A stretch of DNA of 64,000 nucleotides, taken from the NCBI RefSeq assembly GCF_037042905.1, contig NC_087254.1, forward strand, positions 32,240,001-32,304,000, in the 5' to 3' direction. Below the pieces are notes generated by a model, which saw only the letters and a list, made by a program, of their open reading frames with translations, had not been told where the DNA came from and ran no database searches. Made by a program: the position numbers and the translations under genes. The stretch is from Lytechinus pictus (taxonomy: Eukaryota). Positions 38,801-50,800 of the stretch are shown here, piece after piece (position 1 is the first letter of the stretch; each line of letters opens with the position of its first letter).

Positions 38801-41800
38801 GTGGTCCGCGCATGGACTTGTTAAGGGTATCAAAAACACTGATTTTCAAGAAAAAGGGTGGTTTTTAAAGACTGGTCAATGGTCAATCGCGGGGTCAAAC
38901 GTATTTAGGGTATTTTTTTTTCCCCAAAGCTTTTTTTCTAAGATTAGCCAAACGTGTTTAGGGTATGTTTTTTTTTCCCCAAGCTTTTTCCCAGAGGTCA
39001 TATTTTGGCGACATCTTGTTTAGGGGCCAAAATGTGTAAATAAAGCCCACGAAGAACTTGTTTAGGGGGTTACTTTGCACACAGAGAAAAACTCGTTTAG
39101 GGGGTGTTTGGAAATTTCTTTGTCACGCGTGTGTACAGCAATAAATTTGACTGCCCCCCCCCCCCACCCTGCACAGACCCCCTTGTTTTAAAAAATAAAA
39201 GTAAAAAAAAGTGGGAGTTAATAATGACATCAAGTTGATTTTCATTACACTAAAAACATATTTTTTAATTTATGATTTTGTGAAAATTCACCTGAGGATA
39301 TATTAAGAGAAAAACAAATTTTTCGGGGGTGGGGGGACTTTGCAACATCACATGCAATACAAGTGCCATTTTCTAAGAAAATTAATAATGACTTTACTTT
39401 AGGGCTACATTCTAAGGCTTTTGAACTGAAGATTATTGCTTCGCAAAATCACAGTCCTTCGTTGCTCTCTTTAACACTCAGCAAATCGAAGACACAGACG
39501 ACAACATTTCAAAAGTTTCGTTCTGTAACAGGACAAACTTTGATTTAACTTTAAAAACATGTTCTTCAGGAGTCGATTTGGTAACAAAGACAATGAAAGA
39601 AAAGAAAGAAGAAGAGGGGGTGGCAAATGCTCTGGGACGTGGATAAAATTTATGCATGTGCACGTGCAAAGAGGAAAGGGAAAACCAGAAGATTCTTAAT
39701 ATTTGCTATTATTTTTCCATCCCATAATAATCTTTTGGTCACCTGATCTAACTCCACTGTCATTTTGATGGACAGGGCAAAAACTTTTTCCATTGGTCAA
39801 AATATTTTAATTCAAATCTCAAATATCTCATTTTAAACTCTATTCAACGTGGGTACACTGGACTCTCTCTATCCCCTATACTATCGAGAACCTACTGACA
39901 GCTTAAGCTCTACGGAGTCAATTAACTAGTGACAGACCGACACCTGCCCTTATTCAAAATATCAACAAATATAAAACTAAAATTGACAAAAATAAATTCT
40001 CTGTCCAGGATAGTTCAATATTCTCGACCAATCTCTCCATTTGCTTTGCTATTCATTCTACAAAACCATTTAAAACTGTGAAAACATATTTGTTTGTCGG
40101 TCCTATATCCCTTAGGAATCCTTTACCCTCAAACTGCCCTTTTTCTGGAATTCAAGTGCATTTTCGTATGTTCACACTCTACATTATTTTTCACTATGCT
40201 ACATACATCTCTATCCATCTATCCATCCATTCACCTATCCATTTGAGACCCCCCCCCCCCTTAGCCCAACCAATTTCCCGGGGTTAAGGAAAATAAGTGC
40301 AGTGTGAAAAGCATATATGAGACCAATTTTTTCTGTCTCCGTTTGGTAGTCTCTATACACAGGTTTCACTTTATTAAAATAACCTGTCTATCTAGACCAT
40401 TCACTCTTAAAGACTACCATTTTGTCTCCCTTGGGTGGTTTTTATACACAGGTTCCACTGTATTCCAAGAACCTGTCTATCAAAACTATCTGCTCAATAT
40501 AGACTGCTTTTCTTCTCTCCTTTGGTTGGTCTTTATACAGGTTTCTCTGTAATAATAATCTGTTTTTATATAACGCTTAATACATCGGTACAACGTCTCT
40601 AAGCGCTTTATAGATCTATATATTATTATCCCGGTCATTGGATCCTGGCATGCCTGCATACAATGTATGCATCTTCTCCACTCCCTGGGGAGCATTCCAA
40701 CAAGAGTTCCAAGACTCTTGCCAAATGATGCTAGGCCATGGTGGGATTCAAGCACACGACCCTCTGATTACAAGGCGAGAGTCAGAACCGCTACACCATG
40801 ACGCTTCCACGCTGTACTACATGAAACTGTCCATAAAGACCACCTTCTCTTAAAGGTCAAGTCCACCTCAGAAAAATGTTGATTTGAATCAATAGAGAAA
40901 AATCAGACAAGCATAATGCTGAAAATTTCATCAAAATCGGATTTGAAATAAGAAAGTTATGACATTTTAAAGTTTTGCTTATTTTTCACAAAATAGTTTT
41001 ATGCACAATTTAGTCACATGCAAATGAGAGAATCAATGATGTCCTTCACTCACTATTTCTTTTGTTTTTTATTGTTTGAATTATACAATATTTCAATTAT
41101 TACAATGAGGACCAACTTGACTGAACCATGTAATGTTAAACAATGGTGATTCCACATGTTCAGGGCGGAATAAAACTTGGTTTCACAGGACAATGAGGAG
41201 AAAATTAGAATATTTCATATTTCATTTAATAAAATACAAAAGAAATAGGGAGTGATGTCATCAGTTCCCTCATTTGCATAATGACCAGGATGTGCATATA
41301 ACTATTTTGTGAAATTAAGCAAAACTTAAGAATGTCATAACTTTCTTATTTTACATCCGATTTTGATGAAATTTTCAGTGTTGTGCTTGTTTGATTTTTC
41401 TCTTTTTATTAAAATCAACTTTTTTGGGGGGGTGGACTTGTCCTTTATACCATAGATGGCATTTATATACAGGTTTTGCTGCATTACAAGAACCTGTTCA
41501 TAAAGACCATCTGTTCATAGAAGCACTTTTCTTAAATACCTCTCTTGTGTAGTATACAGGTTTCACTGTATTAAAATAACCTATCCATACATAAATAAAA
41601 CCACTTTTGTCTCCATTGGGTGGTCTACAGGCTTGACTGTTTTACAGGAAACATGTAGGTGTTTTATAAAGTTGTTCGTAAGTTACGAATGACTGCTGAT
41701 CCTTTCTTAGGAACTACATCAACATCAATGAAAATTTGGTAAATCGTTTACCACAAGAAAGGATCACCAGACGTTTGCAAAGTCACTTGTAACTTACAAA

Positions 41801-44800
41801 CAGCATTATAAAAGTATAAAGAACTGACCTTTCCATAAAGACCACCTGCTCTTAAAGACAGAGGCATAGCTATGGGGGGGGGGGGCTAAGTTACATTGAA
41901 TTTTCAAACAGAACCATGCATGTTCTTAGAAGTAAAAAAAAAAATGAAATAAGTGAAAACAAATATATATATATGAGACTACCTGCAATTGTCAGAGCGA
42001 TTTAGCTACATTACACTGCAAGGGACTGCAAGGCCTGAATCATTGTTTAAAAAAAAGACTACTCTAGGCCTACTAGTATATTACTGGCAGGCACATTGCA
42101 CGCATACAATCAACGTAGACTTTACCACACATACCATACATGCTGTAATAATTGCTATCTACCATAGATTGCAAATTCACGGTTGATCCATATCTTTGTA
42201 CACACGTAGGTTCGTGACGTGTGCTAAGTTCACTACCACACTTCAGGCGCATGCACTGTACTGTACCAGAATTCTAGTACATGCATGTGCATTGTCTGGC
42301 TGGAATTAGAGTCTGTATGCTGTTGGCCTATGATCCATCTTGACTAGATCTTAGTATCACTTCCAGTCCTTCAAAAGCAAGACACGTGTAAGTAAAACAC
42401 TAGCCTCATTAATTTAACCCCATCCAAAATACTTGTCTTGTATTAAAGTCAGGTCTTGAAAACGTCGGAGATGGAGAACCAGAACATGATCATCTTCCAG
42501 CTGATGTATTGTTAGATAATCATGAACATGCTGGTAACGAAAGTTATATTAATATGTAAAGTGACAGAAGCATGAGCGATGATGACATTCAAACCATTGC
42601 TGTTTCACTAGATTTGGTTGATAAAGGCGCACCACAGTTTGCTGAGGGAAGAAAAGTGCCTGGACCAAGGGACATATCAAAGACTCCCACTGATGGACCT
42701 TCCCAGCCAAAACTAAACACTTATCCTCAGTCCCAGTGTGGTAAAAAACAGAGGTCTTTTCGCTCTGAATGGTTTGATGAATATCCTTGGTTGGAAAATT
42801 CACAAAGCACTGATAGCGTGTATTGCTTCGTATGCCAAATTTTTCATCGTCAGGGAAAGTTGAAAAATTATTTACTGCCAATGGATACGCCTATTGGAAA
42901 AAAGCAGACGGAAAATCAGGACAATTCACAAAGCACATTCATGCAGACTATCAACATTTTGGCTTGGACTGAATTCAATCAGATGCAAACTAAGGGGACC
43001 TCCGTTGCACAAATGATGAATAGCGCATCAGACCACAGTTTAAAAAAAAACTTCATTAAAACACTTGGCCAAGTCATTTTGGTGACTTGCACTAAAAAAA
43101 TTGCACAACAAGGACATAAAGAACATATCTGAGCTGTTAATCCAGGCAGTAAAACTCCTGGAGCTAGTTGCATCCCATGATGAAATCATCAAAGATACAC
43201 CAGTCCGGAGATTCAAAACAAAATGATACAAACTTTCGCTGATATCATTAGGAAAGAAAACATCCCAAGAGGTTAAGGAAGCAGGAAATTTGCAATACTG
43301 GTTGATGAGACGAAGGATATATCCAAACAAGAGCAAATTTCCCTGGTTATAAGATACCTTTATGAGGGAAAAATCCATGAGAGTTTTTTGGAGTTCAGAG
43401 CTACGTTTTGAGTTGGATGCTGAATCACTGACGAATTATATATTGGACATTCTTAAGACCCATGGATTGGACTGTAAGCAATTCCTAGTTGGTCAAGGTT
43501 ATGATGGAGCATCAGTCATGAGTGGGAAGATAAGTGGTGTCTCGGCTCGAGTCCAAAAAGAAGCCAAAAACGCATACTATGTTCATTGCCATGCACATTG
43601 CCTGAGCCTTGCACTTATAGATGTCCCAAAGGAATACCAGATGCTGCTCAGTTCTTCTCTTGGCTAAAAAAAAGTCTATGAGTTTGTGAGCGAATCGTAT
43701 GTTCATTCCAAGTGGATAGATATTCATCAGGACGTGTATCCTGGTGAATGTACTCATGAACTGAAAAGACTATCAGATACACGCTGGGCCTGCAGAGTGG
43801 AAGCATGCCGGTTAATAAGAGACAGGTTCCCAGCATTGAAACGTCTTCTAGAAGAGATTAGTAACGAAACTCATGCTGACCAGGCGATTGATGCCAGATG
43901 ACTGCTGGCACAACTCAATGCCGAATTTCTCATGAAACTTGTCATTATGACGAATATACTGATCATGACAAATCGACTCTCTACAATGCTTCAGTCTGGC
44001 GATGTTGATCTGGCAAAGGCAGCAGACCTGACAAGAGCACTTGTAGCAGAGCTCTAGGACATGCTATCCAATCCTCAGTCATTCAACTGCCTGTGGGATG
44101 AGGTCCAAACATCAGTGAGAGATCAAGGGTTTGACGTAGATGAAATAGATCCATCTCACAGGAAACGAAAATGTCAATTCCCAAAGAGATTAGAGGAAGC
44201 TGTCCTCCTTGATCCTCTCCCTAGACACTCAAGAGTCCAAGATTAATTTGAAGGTCAGTTGAAAGACAAATCAAAACAAAATTTTTCTATGAAATTATTG
44301 ATAGAATGCTTTCAGAACTCAACAGATGATTCGACTCGGAAACGTGTCAATTGATGAAGTCCATTTAAGCGCTGAGCCCAAGAAGTGAGCTTTTTCTGGA
44401 TTTCGTACATATGGATGAATTTGCCCAAATGTACCATGTGAACTTAGAGGATCTCAAGCACGAAGTCCATCCAATTCAGCGACTTCTGGAACATCGCTCA
44501 CAAGATGGCAGAGAACTTCTTCAAACGCTTCCGGATTTTGTTGACCTGATCCAGCCCTTCGGCGAAGCATTTCGAGAGATCAACTGATTAACGAAGCTAA
44601 AACTAGACTTTTTCATGGACAGATTTGCCAAGAAAACTGAAATAGGAAAAGGCATGTTCATTTTTTTTCATGTACTTTTTTAATTAGATCTTTTTCTTGT
44701 TTTCCCCCTCTTTTTTTACTATTACTTGTATCATCATTTACATTTCTTGCTTAAGTGTTATACATATTTCTCTGACAATGAGAGTACAGATTTGAAACAG

Positions 44801-47800
44801 GAAAATCATAACAATCACTATGCCTATATGTTTTTCACATACTACACAGAAAAAAATTGTTGGCTCCCATTAAAAGCAAGGACCCCCAGTGCCCCCCCCC
44901 CCCCAGGAAAAAAAATCATTGCTACGCCAGTGCTTAAAGACCACTTTTCTTGCCTCCCTTGAGTGGTCTCTATATACAGGTTTCCCTATATCTTGCCTAC
45001 CTTCTGTCCTTGTAGCTTGCATCTTCACCTCTGCCTGTGCTGCCATGAGTTCCTCCTTCAGCTCATAGATCTGTTCTTGCTGATGCTGACATTTCCTCTC
45101 CATCTCTTCATTCTTGGCCTCATACTCTCTGTATCTCTCCTTCACCGATGACAGTTCTGTGATCAGCTTCGTCTCGCAGGCCACTTTCTCCTGTTGGATA
45201 AGATACATATTACAGACTGAGTTACATCACATATTAAACATCATTTCAGGGAAAACACAAACATATGTGGTATGAACTTTACATACATGTATAGACTTCA
45301 CTTAAAATCAATTAATCATATGGTAGCCAAATGTTAAAAAGTATTCTAAGAGCAGAGAATCTTGCTTTAACATGGAAAATTGACGGAAAGAAGATTATGC
45401 TAACAGGATAATTTGGATATAGACAATTAGCAAATTGTTGCATAATAAAAGAGAAGAGTGAAAAAATGGGAGTGGTAGAAAAAGCTAGGAACCGAGGGTT
45501 ATGGAATAGCAGGGTGGGAGTTTCATCAAGCTATTTGCAAGTTACGAGTGACTTTATGTGACTGGTGACCCTTTTCATGTAGATAAGATGTGTCTAATTT
45601 ACTCACTTCTGCTCTGGAATGTATTTTAAAGTTAGGGAAATGGAGTAAAAGTGAAAGTATATGATCTCTGGTGTGGTGTAATAATACAAGATATCTCTTT
45701 TCTCAAGTCTTCAAGGAAAAGGTCAAGGCCAATTACATGCATTTGATCTAATCTGAGTACCTACCTCTCTCAATGCCTGCATTTCTCTCTGGTGTGATGT
45801 CATAATAGAAGTCATCTCTTGTCTTGTATCTTCAAGGACAGTGTCAAGGTCATGTGACCTCTGATTCACCAAGGACAATTCAGCCTCTGTCTTTGATAAT
45901 CTAAACAAATAAAATAAATGAAATAATATTATGCTTTTGTACAGTATATTACTCAAAACAAGATCAGTACATATCAATGCCATCCATTATGGCACAATAA
46001 TATAAACCTATTTAAAACACTATTTCCTTTTTATTCAACCATTCTATTAAAATAAAGTGTTAAGTGTTTATCATTCACAACATTTTGTCTGTTCTTTGAA
46101 CATATACTTTTGAAGATATATTTTGCTAGCCATACCCACACCTCTTTACAATGTGGATTGACTTTGGTACATGCTTTTTTAATAAGGTTGAATAGTGAAT
46201 GGTTTACTATTAATTCCAATGTAACCATCTATTAATAATAAGTATGAAACAATAGGCCACTGATGATTCTGTCAAAGTACGCAATGTTCTGCAAAAGTAC
46301 AACTGAACACATGAAAAGACAATCAGCAACCATTAGATCTTTGTTGAACTTACTTAGCTGCTACTGCATTGAAGGCTGACTTCCTCTCCGCCAATGCCTC
46401 TTCCAGGAGACGTATCTTCTTGCTTGTCTCGCGCTTGTTTCTCCCGTTATGATCATTCTGCTGATCGATCCTCCTTAGAAGATCCCTGGCCTGTTGATGT
46501 TTCTCATTCTTGAGTTGTTTGATTTCTCTTGTCATGATATCCTGTCTGGTCTGGTGAGTGGCTGATAGACTTGCTCTTTCTTTGTTTCTCTCCAGCAAAA
46601 GTCCTGTAAATTTCAATTTCAAAAATACAAATAACAGGAACATGATAAATGCAGTCTTATATTTTTCTGTTAAAGCGAAGTTTGAGTTCTGGTATTTGAA
46701 ATCTAATTTCAACGGGTTGGATGCATTTGGTTGAATCACTCCAAACCCAATGGAAGTTCCTTTCTGTCTGAACCCTGATACAAACTCCAATACTTCCTCT
46801 GAACCAAGAACATTCTCTTTACATTCATAGATGTTTGTGATGAAATTTACTTACCAATGGCTTTTATGATATCCTGTGGTATATCATTGCCAGCGAGATC
46901 CAACTGAGTTATAGTCTGGTTGTGCTGTAGGCCCGCCAGAAGGGATCTACCACCAACAATACCAACATTATTCCATCTCAGATCTGTTTAGAAACAACAA
47001 AGAAATACTGGTAAATGAATAAAAATTCTGACTTCATATGTGCTTCTCCTCTTTCACTTCCTCAGGCTCTCTCTCAAAAGCCACATCGTTTTGTTTTTTC
47101 TACGAGCATCCCTCAGGCATATTAGTTTCCATGTGCAATCAATAATGAGAGATGTTCTATTCTCATTCATTACAAAGTGCCTTGAGCATTTAATCTCCAT
47201 GGATATAGGAATACAAAATTAGTATAACCATTGCTCTTTTTAAAGTGGAAAGGTGTTTCATTAAACATTAGCTTAAGGACATGGTTAAGTGCTAATATCT
47301 AACATATTTTCTTACTAGCAGACTATCTGACAATGCACGACTCTGTGCATGATCAGATCAATGTGTTGAGTCATACAATGTACAAAATTTTATTCTATAA
47401 ACTCTATGCCCAGATGCATATTTATTTACTCATATTCTGTGCATAGGACTTTTTTAGAAGTCTTCACACAGTCTCTCGAAGAGAAAAATTGATCAAAATT
47501 AATGAAGAATAGTAAGAAAATTTACCAACAGATGTTGTCCATCTAGTCAATAAATTATGCCCTTCAAATTCCACTTAATAATGCTTTTGTCACAAAATAA
47601 TCTAGGAGATAGCCATCAACTAAAATGCATTTATTAGTTGACCATTATTTACACATCTCTTGCATGTCATTAATTTTTAACAATTGATGGGGAAAAAAGC
47701 ATATTAAAAAAAAAACTACCAACCATTTCATTCAAATATCAATATTGTGTACCATCAACATTTACAAGGCAGGAACAATACTTCTTCTTTCCTATGAATT

Positions 47801-50800
47801 AAATCAGCATATTCTTATCAAAACACAATCGTCAGACACTGTGACCTCAAGACTAACCTATATTCTGCAGAGAGCTGTTTCTGGTGATAGCTGTAGCAAG
47901 CTGGCTGGCTCCATCATGGCCAATCTGATTGTTCCTCAGATCAAGGACTTCTAGACTACCATTTGCCGAGACCCCTTCAGCTAGGTTGGCAAACCTTGAA
48001 CCATCTACACCTACAGCATTCCACTCCAGACAGACCCTGAAAAGAAAAGGATGAGACAAGAGGATATCAGACTCGCAGACAGAGCTGCTCCCTGAGGAAC
48101 ACCCAATTTGAGTGATGGCAAGTGATCACTAAATAAACTTAAATGGATGCTCCGGGCTGAAAATACTTATATCTAAATAAATAAAGTAAAATTCTAATAC
48201 AAAATGCTGAAAATTTCATAAAAATCGGATGACAAATATTAAAGTTATTGAATTTTAAAGTTAAGCAATATTTTGTGAAAACAGTGGTATGCACATCGTC
48301 ATGAATATTCTTTAGGTGGGCTGATGACGTCACATCCCCACCCTCCCTTTTCTAATGTTATCACATTATTTCATACATTCGTGAATGATATGTCTCCCTT
48401 GTAATGAAATAAGTTGCAGCAATGAATATCTAATTCGCTTGATCAGTTTTCAATCCAATGTTTTTAAGTTTATGATGGAAAACATTTTAATAAACCTTAG
48501 AATACAAAAGAACAAGTGGGGATATGACATCATCAATTTGCTCATTGAATAGTCATGAAGACAAGTCTAGAACTATTTGAATAATGCAAAACTTTTAAAT
48601 GTCATAACTTTGTTATTCCTTGTCCGATTTTGATCAAATTTTCAGTGTTTTGTTTGTCTGATTTTTCTTTATGTTCAAAAAATATTATCCTCAGCCTGGA
48701 GTATCCCTTTAAATCAACATTTGAGGCACCAAATAAAGAATATCTGAAAAGAGATAAAAAGGTTACTTGAGTAGTTGGTGCAAGGTACTGGAGTCATCAA
48801 AAAAATGATTAAAACTTCACTGGCGAACCCTATTGCAACCCTAACCCTACATCTCAGACCAACGTTCTCGCCAGGTTCAACTCTGACGCTTGGCGGCGCG
48901 AAGCGACGCAAGCCGCGCAGCAGCCTCGGTGTGTGCGAAGCACGCACGGGGGGTAGCTATCGAAAATATCAATATCGACGAGCTTAGATTGCTGCTAAAT
49001 GCACCACATTTTATGTCTATTTAATGCTTCTCCGGCCACACAGCCGTAACGGTTGCGCGAATTGCGATTGAAGCAGAAAGGCAATTACTGATAACTTAAA
49101 AATTGAAGTCAATCTCATTTTATACTTACAGTTTATAGACTATTTACATCGATAAATTAACTCCATACTTTCCAATGTTCAGATCGATATCGCTACATCC
49201 TTAGAAAGTGCGATTAATTTTGTGAATGCGTGTTGTTTCTTATGTCAATGACCGACTGCATCTACGGACCGCATGCGTAGCCCTTTGAGCTTGCGCTGCG
49301 TCACGCCCTTACTAAATCCAAAGATTGTTCCGACTTTATACCTCGGTCACATTTGTTCTACGGCGGCCGTACGGCGAGTCGAAAACAGCCGTTTTAACAT
49401 TTTTTGTACCAGCTGAATATAGGTGGTTACCGTGGTTTGAATAAAAATGAATAAAACGGCTGTTTTCGACTCGCCGTAGAGCAAATGTGACCGAGGTATT
49501 ATTTGGAAGCCTCGGAAGTTTTCTTCCGAGGCTTCCAAATAATGGGCATTGGTATTCATGAGACGGGGTCCCCAACTTATATAATTTGCATGGTTTTTGC
49601 TTGGTTTATTCGATACTCACTGAAACTATAACTCTCATAAGACTTCTGTTGATGATGTTTATACTAATAATTTCCAATCGAGATTCTTTTATCACTGTCA
49701 ATTATTGCTGTGTTCCTTTGTATTGTTCGTTACTCACCTATAAAATAATGAATGTGCTGTGCTCATCACGAGCGTGAGAAATATTTTTAGTCATTCATTA
49801 TACTCTAATATTACGAATTTGTTTTTCTTAACTGCGATTTAAAATGTTTTGAAAGTATAGGTTAATTGACAGGAAATAAGATTTCTATTTTTACATAATA
49901 CATTATGTAGGCCTACAAATACAGCGTGTGAAAGAGAGGAAGAGGGGTGGGGTTGTAGGATGGTCGAAGGGAGAGAGCGATAGGGGAGGGGTCGTGGCGT
50001 GGACAATGACAAGGGGATGTTGAGATCGTACGTGTGTGTGGGATTGGTGAAGAAGTCAATATTCGAAGCGAATACATTTTTATAGACGTGTCTATACTTC
50101 TACCGATGATGACGGCCGAATAATCTTTCTTACATGTATATTTTGGTGAATTAAAAAAATATTTTCTTGCACCATGATAAAATAAATTGCATCACAATAT
50201 CACTATAGGTGTAGTTTGAAAATCACGAACAGTTTATTAAAAATGAATAAAAGAGAAAGATCTTCTTAATTTTATAGCCCCCATCCAGTGTAAACACCAT
50301 GAAGAGTTTTTGAGGTCACGAAATCAGCTGATTCGCACTCAAACAACAGGTTAACAGGTCACACACGTGGGACACATTCCAAGGGCGAGAATTCGGGGAA
50401 GCCCGTTTTCAAGCACAATGATTGGCTCAACCCAGAAAGTGAATACTAATTAGATCACGTGCCATCGGCTTTGGGGCGTCTCGTTCACATTCCAACTCAT
50501 TTCATAAATATCATCCACTCGCAGTATAATTAGGCTAACGACGTTGCCAATATATAACTCATACATGTATATTAAAAGCACAATTCCGATATAAAACATA
50601 AAGACATAAGTGAACTTGAAAAATTCATCCAACGATATTCAAATTATACTAGCAACTCATTGTGGGCGTGAAAAAACGATATACATATCCGATATCCTCT
50701 AAAACGTTCACACATATCAACTTCAATAATTCGTACTTGAAACGAATATCTGTGAATGAATTGCCAATTCCACTTTGTTGAATGTGTACTTCTATCGAAA

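Noticed and set aside
40740-40812. tRNA gene (also considered at about 14985-15055)
   Set aside because: No clean cloverleaf, and the sequence continues into a SINE body, so it was called a SINE.
42572-44246. Domesticated ZMYM1-like host gene
   Set aside because: Multiple stops and frameshifts, with TIR and TSD retained, mark it as a dead hAT copy.
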